A stretch of 64,000 bases of DNA, from assembly GCA_903845195.1 (NCBI GenBank), contig CAIMWO010000031.1:69207-133206 (forward strand), read 5' to 3'. The position numbers and the translations under genes are program-made. The notes below the pieces were generated by a model, which saw only the letters and a program-made list of their open reading frames with translations, did not search any database and was not told the DNA's origin. Origin of the DNA: an uncultured Phycisphaerales bacterium (lineage in GTDB: Bacteria > Planctomycetota > Phycisphaerae > WQYP01). Positions 9,311-19,526 of this stretch are shown in pieces; the first letter of the stretch is position 1, and each line of letters begins with the position of its first letter.

Positions 9311-9757
9311 CTACGGTGTCGTCACTACACCAGGTTCCTCATACATGTCGGGCAGAAGACGTTGCAGGAATCGCATTTCCTGCTCTTCGTCATATGTCTC
9401 CTTACGCTTCCTCCACGCTTCCATCTCTTCGGGTAGATCGCTCGGTGGTCCAATCATCTCATCCCGCCATCCCGTGATGTCCAGCGAAGCCAAGGCGTCT
9501 GCTCCGAACTTCTCGGAGTAGCACGAGTAACAGAGGCTCAGGATTATGTCAGTGCGTTCGCCGTTGTCGATCTCTGAAAGGATCACCCCTTCCTCCGGAC
9601 CACACCGCTGCACCCATTGCACCGTTACCATCGCCACCTCGCGAGTCTGCAACTGCGCCTTGCTAATTTTGCATTGTGTGCATGTCGCGTGGTCATCGTT
9701 GTCTGGCCTGTCAAACCAAGTCTTTTTTTCCATCGGTTTCCCTTTCCATATAGGCAT
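9311..9757 (-). CDS. Hypothetical protein with CxxC..CxxC
   Basis: CTQC and CYSC; co-oriented with rep. Confidence 0.6.
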   Translation of the reverse strand: MPIWKGKPMEKKTWFDRPDNDDHATCTQCKISKAQLQTREVAMVTVQWVQRCGPEEGVILSEIDNGERTDIILSLCYSCYSEKFGADALASLDITGWRDEMIGPPSDLPEEMEAWRKRKETYDEEQEMRFLQRLLPDMYEEPGVVTTP

Positions 9758-9910
9758 GTGGCATCACTCCCATTACTGCTGGGCCAGGAGCAGCTCGTGG
9801 CATCGTGGGCGATTCCGTTAGGCCACTGACGGCTTACACGGCTCCTTCACAAGCGTAAAGCAGTTAGCGTTTCTTGCGTTTCCTCTTCCGGTGCCGGGCA
9901 TATGTCCTAC

Positions 9911-11188
9911 CTAATCTTTGGATGGATAGATACGCTTCGGCGGCTCATCCGCTTCAAGCGTCCTCCAGGCTCCCTCGGCAAGTTTATCAATTGGACATGC
10001 AAGAACTCGGTAGTCTGAGCGACGGATGCCCTCTACAGTGACTACGAGGTGTTCTTGTGCCAGCTGACCACTACCTACAGGCAGGGTGCGCTTGGTAACA
10101 GCTGCGATGAGCCGGGGCTTTTTGGCCAGGCAAAAGCTTCTGGCCCATGAGTACCAACAATCTGACATATCGTAGTTTTCGTTGTCGTCGGGATCTTCGA
10201 CCGGGGCTTTTGTTTCCATCATCCAAAACCATCCCTCAGGTTGGATATCTAAGTACATGAGTATCGGAGAAGAAGTGAAATGATACGTATCTAGGTGAGC
10301 AAACGGAATTGACTTGAGCAAGAGTCGCACAGCTTCATCAGTGGTTTGGTCGCACCCGGTATCAACATTTTCCTCAGCTCTCATCATCGTCTCTAGAATG
10401 TACGGAATTGTGGCGCAGACGTCTGGAGATTCAAGACGGAAGTCCTTAACGCTGCGGTAGTGTCGTAAGAGTGCTGTCTTTCCTTCGACTGGAATATGCA
10501 AAATGTGTCGATCCTTTGGCTCTGCAACTGACTGAAATAGAACGCCCGCGAAGTGCCCGATTGAGTGGTAATGTCCGAGGTACATAAACGTGGTATCGGG
10601 CTCGATCATCGACAGGACCGCTTGAACGGTTTCTTCAGCCAGGTGCAGACCGGCCTCTCGAATCTCGGCGATGACTTCGTGAAGTTGGAGCAGTTTCTCT
10701 GGTAGTGGAGGTTGCTTCCCTTCGCCAAGAGAGTAGAGCGCCGGAGAAGGCTCGCCGTCGATATTATGCGTCGCCATTTCTGGTTGTTCACTAAGTGTGC
10801 CGTCACTATTGATAGACCACACTAGCTGATACTCCTTAGTTGGATTGGCCAATTGGATCGAAAGTGAGCGTTCGTCTCCTTGTTCCACCAGAGTCACCGC
10901 AGCTGCCGCTTCGGGAGTGATTGAGCAAATTGCGAGGAGTATTGCACGACGTAGCCACTTGGCGTACTCATCGCGGTCTTCCCGGAGACCTTCGTCACTA
11001 TCGGACATCTCAATATGGACACCGTCCCATGTACCATTCGTAAAGACCTGAAGTACGCACGGAGCCGCAAGACGCCTGCCCATCGACTCCCATTGGGTGC
11101 GGAAGTCTCGCAAAAAAGAGTTGAATATTTTGTTATCGGGGAACATTTGATTAGTCTCCATAAATTGAATGCCGGTATGACTTGCCAA
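9911..11188 (-). CDS. Hypothetical protein
   Basis: 425-aa acidic ORF directly downstream of 11199-12395; no family recognised. Confidence 0.7.
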   Translation of the reverse strand: MASHTGIQFMETNQMFPDNKIFNSFLRDFRTQWESMGRRLAAPCVLQVFTNGTWDGVHIEMSDSDEGLREDRDEYAKWLRRAILLAICSITPEAAAAVTLVEQGDERSLSIQLANPTKEYQLVWSINSDGTLSEQPEMATHNIDGEPSPALYSLGEGKQPPLPEKLLQLHEVIAEIREAGLHLAEETVQAVLSMIEPDTTFMYLGHYHSIGHFAGVLFQSVAEPKDRHILHIPVEGKTALLRHYRSVKDFRLESPDVCATIPYILETMMRAEENVDTGCDQTTDEAVRLLLKSIPFAHLDTYHFTSSPILMYLDIQPEGWFWMMETKAPVEDPDDNENYDMSDCWYSWARSFCLAKKPRLIAAVTKRTLPVGSGQLAQEHLVVTVEGIRRSDYRVLACPIDKLAEGAWRTLEADEPPKRIYPSKD

Positions 11189-11198
11189 GGGGGCATTT

Positions 11199-12395
11199 TC
11201 ACAGCCCCATTTCCTTCATTTCGGCGGGGCTGGGGAAAGCTTCGACCCTCCACCTCTCCGGATAGGTTCCCAGTGGTTGCATGCGATATCCCATAACTTG
11301 ATGCACTCGTTCCCATAAAACGTTACCGTACACAACTCGTTCTTGATCGCCGGCGGCGGGGTTAGTGAATACCACATATGTCACCTCTGGAAGCAGCGTC
11401 ACGTAGTCGCGCATCCAAAAAGCCAACGTGAATTCATCGATACATGTTTCTCCGATGAAAACACTGGCGATGACGTCCACATCCTGGCAATATGCCAACA
11501 GTTCCCTATTCTTGTCTTGATGTACATAATGAGACGCAAGACTGCGGAGTCGAAGCTCACGGAATGGCGAATAGACCGACGAGCATTCGGGCGGGATGAA
11601 TGTTTTCCAGGTCCCGCCACTGCGAAGTAAGGGAATGCCACTTAGAAATCGCGGGCCTTGTCGGCGAAGCTTGGCGATCGTCGCCATTTCGGCAAGTGCC
11701 GGCTCGTTGTTGGCGGGAGCCACCAGAAGGCAGTCACGATGAGGAATCATTGCTACCAGATCATCGTGTAGCGCTCCGGGTACGAGCTCGTCCAAGATCG
11801 TTAATCGAGCACTATCATAGTTATCCTGCCAGGGAGAGATCATTAGGCCACTGGGCCGGCGAATTAACGCCTTAGTACTAACCCGCCGCAGATTCTCCTT
11901 TGCAACGGCAATGGCTTCTTCGAACGAGATGCTCAATTTCAGCAATTGCGCCTTGTCGAGGAACATAATGTGATCCGGCAGATCGCGAGCGATTTCGACC
12001 GTGACATGATCGCCGAGTAGTTGATACGCGGGCGCCGATGCGTGCGCGTATTTGACGGGTTTCGGAGCCAATGTCCGATATAGGATATCCACGATCGGCA
12101 GGAGGTGGGGTCGCATTGACTCCAGCGACGCGCTTGCTACCATTTCCCAATTCTGCGTCCAACCGTGAGCGATGTCGCGGATTGTTGTACTTGCCTTTGC
12201 AGACGACCATTCGCGATAGACATTTTCCAGAAGTAGCGTCGTGCCTCCGGAAATATCGATCTGAAAGTTGTCGCGGTCATACGTGATGGCTAGATTGCCC
12301 CTGCAACTTTTCATAGCGTCGATCATCGCTTGCGCGAATTGATCTCGAGCCTGACTGTCGGATACGTTTCCACTAGAGTGCTGTTTCTCATACAT
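11199..12395 (-). CDS. DUF1444 (YtpQ)-like protein
   Basis: A..NL, DNYDSARL and AMIPHRDCLLV motifs; AAGGAG RBS before ATG 12395. Confidence 0.65.
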   Translation of the reverse strand: MYEKQHSSGNVSDSQARDQFAQAMIDAMKSCRGNLAITYDRDNFQIDISGGTTLLLENVYREWSSAKASTTIRDIAHGWTQNWEMVASASLESMRPHLLPIVDILYRTLAPKPVKYAHASAPAYQLLGDHVTVEIARDLPDHIMFLDKAQLLKLSISFEEAIAVAKENLRRVSTKALIRRPSGLMISPWQDNYDSARLTILDELVPGALHDDLVAMIPHRDCLLVAPANNEPALAEMATIAKLRRQGPRFLSGIPLLRSGGTWKTFIPPECSSVYSPFRELRLRSLASHYVHQDKNRELLAYCQDVDVIASVFIGETCIDEFTLAFWMRDYVTLLPEVTYVVFTNPAAGDQERVVYGNVLWERVHQVMGYRMQPLGTYPERWRVEAFPSPAEMKEMGL

Positions 12396-12405
12396 TCTAT
12401 TCTCC

Positions 12406-12759
12406 TTAAAGTTGATGAAGTGACGTGTAGACTGACGCCTCACGCACGAGCGCTTCGGCGAGCTTGAGATTCCCGGTATCAATCAGCAGTGCCCAGGTGT
12501 AACCGTTATCTGTCGTGTCTGGGGCCAAAGTGTCGATCCCGAAACCGAGCTCGGTGATACCCGCGGCGCCTACGCGTTGTCGCAGATAGTCAACCTGTTC
12601 CCGGGCATAAACGGACTGGCAGTACCCGGTGTTCCCATATATCCCAACAGCGTCTTCTGTTATCGCGAGGCAGCCAATACGAGACTCGAACCAATACCGG
12701 CAGGCATAGTTCGCCGTGTCGATAGCTAAGTTTCGCCACCAAATGTGGTCTCGTGACAT
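12406..12759 (-). CDS. Hypothetical protein
   Basis: GGAG RBS; fills the operon between co-oriented genes. Confidence 0.6.
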   Translation of the reverse strand: MSRDHIWWRNLAIDTANYACRYWFESRIGCLAITEDAVGIYGNTGYCQSVYAREQVDYLRQRVGAAGITELGFGIDTLAPDTTDNGYTWALLIDTGNLKLAEALVREASVYTSLHQL

Positions 12760-12844
12760 GAGAATCTCCAGTGATTCCGGATAGTTGATACGTACCTCGA
12801 GGGCCGCGAACGCGCGTTCGCGTTACCATCACGCCATTAGGGAT

Positions 12845-13342
12845 TCATCCCGCCCTCTCGATCAATCGATCGGGTGCCATGCTGGCGAGGATGTTGCCAA
12901 GAGAAGTTTGCATTGCTGCGATCTGTTGGCGGGCCTCAGTGGCGGTATGGCGCCACGCATAGTTGCATTCGGTTTGCTCCGCGATCAGACGTATGATCGC
13001 ATGCGCGTGTTCGAGTCTGTCGAGCACATTCCGTTGCCGGTCAAGCACCGAAGCGTGCTCGTGCCGAATCTCAACGGCGAGCGACTCCATGTTGTCCTGC
13101 CTGGGGGCCGAAGTCGAAGGCGGTGTAGATACCACCTGGCCGGGGGACGTGACCTCAGGGGCAGACTCGCCAGCACGCGTATCCTGCTTCGAATCAGGAG
13201 TCGCGGGTGTCGGTAGGGTAGTCTCAGCGGCTGATGACGATGCCGTCGAGAATACGTCGGCGAGAGGAGGCAGTTGATTCGTCGGTAGCATGACTCCTGC
13301 CTCCTGAGTAGGGGTCGCGTCGGCTTGCAGTGCCGTATTCAT
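12845..13342 (-). CDS. Hypothetical protein (disordered N-terminus, helical C-terminus)
   Basis: AGGAG RBS before ATG 13342. Confidence 0.6.
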   Translation of the reverse strand: MNTALQADATPTQEAGVMLPTNQLPPLADVFSTASSSAAETTLPTPATPDSKQDTRAGESAPEVTSPGQVVSTPPSTSAPRQDNMESLAVEIRHEHASVLDRQRNVLDRLEHAHAIIRLIAEQTECNYAWRHTATEARQQIAAMQTSLGNILASMAPDRLIERAG

Positions 13343-13591
13343 AATGACTCCTGGATTCCAGTACTGGACGCGGTGGCGGGCGTCTGTCGCAGCAGGCGAG
13401 TGTCGCCTGATATAGAAATGGGGCATTTTGTGCGTGTCTAGTGACACGTGGTGACGTACCCTTGGCGTACCCTTATTGAAAAGGGCGAAGCGAAGGGCCA
13501 TCATCGAAGGTTGGCAAACACTTAACGACCGGCGGGAGTGATGCCGATCACGGGTGAGACAACCATGCGCCCGGCAGGACGAGATTCGTCT

Positions 13592-15028
13592 TCAGACATA
13601 CCAGTCCAGCCAAGTGGCCGGTTGGTAGCTGTAGGATGCCTTGCCATGAACTGGCCGTATGCTATTTCGCAAATACAGGGAGCAGTGCGGCATGGTTTTG
13701 CTGATCTTCTCCCGACAGTCCTGCATGCGTGCTTTCACGCGGCGGCGTGCTGCTTCTGCCTCCGACTTCGATCCCTCTTCCCCCGCTTTCCTTGCTGCCT
13801 TAGCTTCGCGAAGTTGCTGGCGAAGTTCATCCACATTCTCCGCGCCGGTGTCTACCGCAATCTCCAGTTCGTCTGATAGTAGTTTTTCCTCAGCCGTCAG
13901 CAACTCGTTTCCCGCGTCTGTCGCAAATGAATCGGATTCGTCGGATCGTTTGTTGCTTCGCCGCGATGCACCTGCAGCGCCAAGGTCTGCGGGGTCGATG
14001 TGTTTTGACCGGTCCTTTATCCGCGTCACGTCTGCAGCTGTTGCTGCTTTGCCAGACGGACTTTGCTCCAAGCAACTAACCGGGTCACCTCGGCGTCGAA
14101 GAATCTCCGCAATGTATTGGAAACCCAGTGATGCTTCGTCCATGAAGGAGTCTTCCTCCGTTGTCGCTGCATCGACTCTGAACCGCAGATGCCATCTGCC
14201 TCTTTCAAGATGAAACATGTAATCGGGCAATGTAGAGGTCTCGACCGTCGAAGTTGTGGTCGTAATAGTCATCGGCACTTCTACTGGAGCGGATTTCAGT
14301 TCGATCGGCAACTTCGGCAGTTCCCGACCCAGCTCGCCCCCCTCCTCCATCTGGATCACCCACGGATTGAGTAACAAAGCGCGGTCCGGGTCGAGGATCA
14401 TCTCGATTGCCGTGATCGACACGCGAAACAGATCAGGCGTCAGCGTCTCGCAAGAGCTGGTCATCAATTCAAAACGACCCTTATTTTCAGCCCATTTCAA
14501 CGGGCCAGAGTCTTCCAGCCAATCGTCATCACACCACGTCTTAATGCTGTGCTCTGTCCGAAGAAGCGGTTGGGGATAGCGGGCGGCGATGTGGTAAACA
14601 AGTTCAAGAAATCCCGGCCAGCCCTCCATCGTTAGGGCAATCCGACTGCGCATTTCGTTTTGGACAGCACAGGCACTTCCGGCCAGATGCTTGAATTGCT
14701 GCAACCCTTTCCCGTTTCCAAAGAATCGCCCGTACCAATCCCCGTCTTGTCCTGAGCCAGAATCGTGTGGGGGGGGGTCATCGTATTTGAGGATGGGAAA
14801 ATGCGACTTTACGGGGCCGTGCCATTCCTGCCACTTGCCGGAAGTTAGAGCGTGCCCTACCTCGTAAATCTTGCGGGCTTCGTACGTGACGCCTGCGCCA
14901 CGATGTTGGCTGTCGTAAATCCGTTGGTGATAAAGTGGGTGAGGAAAGGCCTTTGCTGCGCGCCGAAATTCACGGAGCAGTGCGTTCCAGTTGAATCGAA
15001 ATGGTTCAGCCATCATCACCTCAGTCAT
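13592..15028 (-). CDS. Putative regulator with split wHTH-like C-terminal domain
   Basis: WHLRF..GFQYIAEIL..coiled insert..ARRRVKARMQ..SI..YSYQP..W; same architecture as the C-termini of 32225-33544 and 33868-35247. Confidence 0.65.
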   Translation of the reverse strand: MTEVMMAEPFRFNWNALLREFRRAAKAFPHPLYHQRIYDSQHRGAGVTYEARKIYEVGHALTSGKWQEWHGPVKSHFPILKYDDPPPHDSGSGQDGDWYGRFFGNGKGLQQFKHLAGSACAVQNEMRSRIALTMEGWPGFLELVYHIAARYPQPLLRTEHSIKTWCDDDWLEDSGPLKWAENKGRFELMTSSCETLTPDLFRVSITAIEMILDPDRALLLNPWVIQMEEGGELGRELPKLPIELKSAPVEVPMTITTTTSTVETSTLPDYMFHLERGRWHLRFRVDAATTEEDSFMDEASLGFQYIAEILRRRGDPVSCLEQSPSGKAATAADVTRIKDRSKHIDPADLGAAGASRRSNKRSDESDSFATDAGNELLTAEEKLLSDELEIAVDTGAENVDELRQQLREAKAARKAGEEGSKSEAEAARRRVKARMQDCREKISKTMPHCSLYLRNSIRPVHGKASYSYQPATWLDWYV

Positions 15029-15270
15029 GTCGCCATTTCAGATTCTCGTTGTGATCCGCGATGCAAACAGGACTAGATTAACGCGCAGACACTCGTGACG
15101 CATCTTATGCACCTTCGGGCCCAAAAAGTCGATCCCACCCTCTACTTGCCCTTGGAAAATAATGCGGCTGGGCATTCTACTTGTCTATCCGTAGCTTTGT
15201 TGCCGCGTTTGTAGCATTGAATATAGTGTGTTCTCCCTTTCTTGATTGTTGGTGATGGATTGACTGGCCT

Positions 15271-17736
15271 TCAGGACACGTTGGCAGCGACCTTCTCGGC
15301 CTTCTTTTCGGGGCCTACGAGTTCCATGGCGCGGATATCCTCACGGCGATGCCGTATATCTGCCTCTACCGCTTTTATGTCAGTGGAGTAGAGGCGACAG
15401 GCCTTCTGTACTTGCCTCTGCGCGGTCGGATCAGGTCGCTGGCGCGCGGCAGGATACGTTTGAAACACAAAGGCGTCAGTTGGTCCTGTCGGTGTGAGGA
15501 GTCGTGCGGCAGCATGGAAATTCGGCAGTGTTTGGAGGTCTGCCGGTCCGAAGTTTGGGCGCGAGTAGATGGCCAGCTTTTCTGCATCTGGGGCGCCGAG
15601 TCGAAATAGAACCATGCTGCCGACATTCCCCAGCACCGAATTCACAAGATTCTCCTGTCCCTTTCCGACCGACAACTGTGTTAGATTTTGATTGGCAAGC
15701 GTTAGGCACAACCCGAATTTTCGCGACTCTGAGAGAAGCGATGCCGTGGCATCGGTAGTGAAATTCTGGAATTCGTCCACGTACACCATGAGCGGTTTGC
15801 GTCTGCTTGTCGCCATGTTCAGCCTACTCATCGCCGCGCACATGAGCTTAGTTAGCACGATCATCCCGAGTAGGCGCATATCAAGTTCGCCCAAGGCACC
15901 ACGGGATAGATTTACCAACAGTATGCGGCGGTTATCCATAATCCCGCGGAAATCGACTGTGCTCTTGGTTTGCCCGATGATGGGCCGGAGTACGGCGTTA
16001 TGTACGAATCCATTTAACTTTGAAACGATGTACGGCGCGATATTTGCCAGTCTTGCTTCTCCTCCAGCGGCGTCGGCCATTTTCCAGAAGTCCGCCAGCA
16101 GAGATGGTCCGCATCGCTCAAGCATCGCCTCGCGATACCTTTTGTGTTCAAACACCGCCGACATATCGACCAGGGTGCCCTGGTTGTCTGGATCCGCCAT
16201 GATCAATTGAAGTGCCCCCCGGAAGTACTGCTCGAACATGGGGCCGCCGCATTGTTTCATATCGTAGAGTTTCTCTAGAATCGCGAAGACTTCGTTAATA
16301 ACGAAGTTGACCTGCATTTCCCGGTAAGGTTCTGTGCAGTCGAGTAAGTTGATCCCGACGGCTCGTTTGCGATCGCAGGGGTCCAATAGAACGACGTCGC
16401 CTGCGCGGTGTGCAGGGATGGACGCGCGTACCTGACGGTACAAATCGCCGTGCGGATCAATGAGGCAAACTCCCTCGCCGTGCTGAATATCCTGCATTAC
16501 CAGGTTGTAGAGCAGGGTCGATTTTCCTGTGCCGGTGGCTCCCAGAATGTAAAGGTGGTGGCTCCGTTCTTTTCGGCACAGCTTAACGGCCTGCTCAGTT
16601 TGGCCATCTCGGATGCATCCCATCCTTGCGCCAGTCTTGGGGAAGCCCAGTTTCTCTCTGTTAAAGAATCGACGAACGCCATGCTGGGCCAATGCCTCAG
16701 GTGGTGGAAAAAGGGAGGGAAGGGGAACTGTTGAGGGGATGCAGTTTCTCAGGTCAAGAAAGTGATTCGTCAATGCTGCCACCGCGCTGTCACTGCCCGC
16801 GCGATCGCCTTCGGCGCGACGAGAGAAAACGCGGGCGGTGCCGTGGTAGATCTCGCCAGCAAGCATCCTCAGGAATGATTCGGAGATGGGATGTGACGAT
16901 GATACCGAGCACGTCACGCGACAACCGGCCAAGGTCTTGAGCCAGACATTTGCGGCATTTTCCAGATGCGCTGGAAGCTCGCTGTTTAGGCTTCGGTTGA
17001 GGATAAAATCTTGGGCCGACTTGATCACATGCTCTTGTGTCCGGTTGAGATGGCAGGATTCCAGTGCGATCGAAATTCGCATAGGTACGTGGCTGGATAC
17101 CAGGAGTTTGACTATTGAACTAAATGCCCGAGCGCGTTCATTTGTGTAATGAGGGAGCCAAACAGTGGTATCGGTTTCTGTGGCGGACTCACCGAATCCA
17201 AAGAGTCCCTTGGTGAACTCCACATGTGTACCCTCTGGCTGGATCAGCCCGATCCACTTGTCTCCGACAGTGCGTAATTGGGTTGCGGCGTTATCCGAGA
17301 GTGGTCGGAACCGGTAGCAAGTCTTCTGGCTTTCCAGGACGGTCATCAGGGCATACCGGACATTTCGCAACTGCTCACCTGCTTGCGCGGCAGATTCGCC
17401 GCTCGACGCCTCTCCGAAAATACGCCACCGTAGGGGCGACTGACCTCCTCCCTCGTAGACGAAAATTACCTTCTGCTCAGGGTCCAAAACCGACACGAGA
17501 GAAGACATCATGCGATCTTGCTCTGACGCCGCCTCAGCACCAAACGCGTCAACCAAGTCAGTGCCCGAGTGAGGGCGAGCCGTGACGCTAACAACCTCGT
17601 ATCCGCACCAAGCCACGTGTCGGTGACATTCCGCCTGTTGCTCAACCGTTTCAGAGCATCGCTCATTCCGCGTTCCGCGGATCGTCGATTCCACGGAAGT
17701 AGCTACGGCTTGGATATGTCCGGCAAAGTGTTCCAT
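15271..17736 (-). CDS. VirD4/TraG coupling-protein-like (HerA/FtsK superfamily) ATPase
   Basis: Walker A HLYILGATGTGKS, LIDPHGD, Walker B VYVDEFQNF, ESRKFG, ANQ, LGNVG. Confidence 0.85.
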   Translation of the reverse strand: MEHFAGHIQAVATSVESTIRGTRNERCSETVEQQAECHRHVAWCGYEVVSVTARPHSGTDLVDAFGAEAASEQDRMMSSLVSVLDPEQKVIFVYEGGGQSPLRWRIFGEASSGESAAQAGEQLRNVRYALMTVLESQKTCYRFRPLSDNAATQLRTVGDKWIGLIQPEGTHVEFTKGLFGFGESATETDTTVWLPHYTNERARAFSSIVKLLVSSHVPMRISIALESCHLNRTQEHVIKSAQDFILNRSLNSELPAHLENAANVWLKTLAGCRVTCSVSSSHPISESFLRMLAGEIYHGTARVFSRRAEGDRAGSDSAVAALTNHFLDLRNCIPSTVPLPSLFPPPEALAQHGVRRFFNREKLGFPKTGARMGCIRDGQTEQAVKLCRKERSHHLYILGATGTGKSTLLYNLVMQDIQHGEGVCLIDPHGDLYRQVRASIPAHRAGDVVLLDPCDRKRAVGINLLDCTEPYREMQVNFVINEVFAILEKLYDMKQCGGPMFEQYFRGALQLIMADPDNQGTLVDMSAVFEHKRYREAMLERCGPSLLADFWKMADAAGGEARLANIAPYIVSKLNGFVHNAVLRPIIGQTKSTVDFRGIMDNRRILLVNLSRGALGELDMRLLGMIVLTKLMCAAMSRLNMATSRRKPLMVYVDEFQNFTTDATASLLSESRKFGLCLTLANQNLTQLSVGKGQENLVNSVLGNVGSMVLFRLGAPDAEKLAIYSRPNFGPADLQTLPNFHAAARLLTPTGPTDAFVFQTYPAARQRPDPTAQRQVQKACRLYSTDIKAVEADIRHRREDIRAMELVGPEKKAEKVAANVS

Positions 17737-18202
17737 GGTAATGCGTTCCCATTTCTATGAAATGTCTGCTTGGCAGTCATCTGCGAAAACGTGCCGTAAC
17801 CCGATGCTGCTGTGCATCAAACATTCAACGGCCACGGCGGATTGGTCGTCTCGAAAACGAAGGGGCGAATGTATTCTCATACGAAGCGTTCATACCTCTC
17901 TCGCCCGCTGTTCTCCTTACGTTGCGGATGAAGGTGTATTTCAGCCCCTCTCAACTAAGGCGTGACACGATCTGTTCGCTAGCATCCCACTTCGTTGTTG
18001 GCGAATTTACTGTGAAAGCAGCTACGACTTCTTGGATTCCCCGCAAACCACCTCTGAAGATGTTTGCGATGTCGTAGTATGCTGGCCATCACGCACCGCA
18101 ACTTCGCGAGTCGTCTTTGAAAAACATGTTCAACGAGCAGCGGGCCATAGATCATCGCCCTCTCGCATGCCCGGATTCCCTGACTTTGCCTTCCCACTAC
18201 GC

Positions 18203-19381
18203 TTAGCCCCGTGGCGCTTCGCAGGTGGAAGCCAGCCGGACCATTCCTCGAAATGGGTGTCGCCGTAAGAACGCTACAGTGAAATACAATAAGAGCAGCG
18301 TCCCCGTACCGACGAAGACACTGGCGACCACGATTTGGGCCCCCCGTTTAGAATTCCAGCTACGATCTGCAACCATCAAGAAGCAGAATCTGTCGCCGAC
18401 CGTTTCCATGCCTATTTCATCCACCCGATCCAACCGTTCTGGGTCGTGCATCCGATCCCAAATTGTGCTCTTCCTGGCGTCCCATGCCGCAATGGATGCA
18501 ATGTCGCGGAACTGCACCGGCGGCGTAAGAGGGAAAGTGATTCCATTCCCGATGATGGCCTGATTTTCCGTGCGCGTCCGGAGCAATCCATGACTGGTGG
18601 TCAGTTCCAGGAAAAGATCCCATTTGTGGGGCGGCAGAAGCCGTAACTCTATTCCCGGTTTGGCGGTCAGTCGTATGGCTTTGACTAGTGCTGCATTTTC
18701 CGCCGACGGGCCGACTAGGAGAATGACGGCGCCCAGTGCTAGGGCGAACACACCGACCGCGATTCCAAGCCGATGTGCGTGACGATTCCATCGTGGCCCC
18801 TGTATTGCCTGCACAATCGCTTTAGACGCCGCATCATCGTCACCCCCTGCTTCGGGCATACAAGCAGCTGCGGCACCCGACAGGAAAACCGCCGAGCAAA
18901 ATACGATGGTTCCGGATCCAACATTCACATCCATGATGCTGTGCAACATCAGTGTGTCTCCCGTCTTGACGACCACAACCATCACCGCGGCAACGAACAC
19001 GTCGAGCATGGAAAATCGTGCCAGTGATCTGGCCGACGCCAGCAATTGCCGCCGTACCGCCAATGGAAATACGGGGATTAACGATGCTCCCCCCGCCACC
19101 ATCAGCAGTTTGACAAAGGGAAAGACAAAGCTAAAAACGAAAATCACGGTCCCAAGTACGATATTTCTCTGACGAAACAGTTCCACGATTCCGCCCAAAA
19201 TCGTGTAGTCATACTGCCTGCCAAACTGGCGCATCACGATAAACGGGAGTTCGTTGGCCAGGACCAGCATTCCAAATGCCAGCACGCACAGCGTTAGGGC
19301 GAACAACTCGCGGCGAAATGTCATACGCCGTACTGACTGAGAATCAGTCGTGTTTCTCGAATGGGTATCTGGGACTAGCAT
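18203..19381 (-). CDS. PqiA (paraquat-inducible A)-domain membrane protein with C-terminal extension
   Basis: TILGGIVELF, FSFVFPFVKL and RFSMLDVFV are PqiA signatures. Confidence 0.75.
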   Translation of the reverse strand: MLVPDTHSRNTTDSQSVRRMTFRRELFALTLCVLAFGMLVLANELPFIVMRQFGRQYDYTILGGIVELFRQRNIVLGTVIFVFSFVFPFVKLLMVAGGASLIPVFPLAVRRQLLASARSLARFSMLDVFVAAVMVVVVKTGDTLMLHSIMDVNVGSGTIVFCSAVFLSGAAAACMPEAGGDDDAASKAIVQAIQGPRWNRHAHRLGIAVGVFALALGAVILLVGPSAENAALVKAIRLTAKPGIELRLLPPHKWDLFLELTTSHGLLRTRTENQAIIGNGITFPLTPPVQFRDIASIAAWDARKSTIWDRMHDPERLDRVDEIGMETVGDRFCFLMVADRSWNSKRGAQIVVASVFVGTGTLLLLYFTVAFLRRHPFRGMVRLASTCEAPRG

Positions 19382-19526
19382 CGTCTCGACCTTACCTTAG
19401 TGGGCGTAGCTGCAAGCTCTCGGTCTTACAAATTTATCGGCTGACAGAACCTTGGCTGAAATATGAGTCAGGCCTAGGGGTTGTGCGTCCGTTTAGTTTC
19501 GCCAGTGCTTTAGGTGCGGGAGCTGT

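Noticed and set aside
15271-17736. Complete conjugation system
   Set aside because: No relaxase, VirB4 or pilus genes were recognised in the window.
13431-17980. GTGAC occurrences at about 13441, 15095 and 17962 as operator sites
   Set aside because: They lack a convincing second arm at 7-nt spacing.
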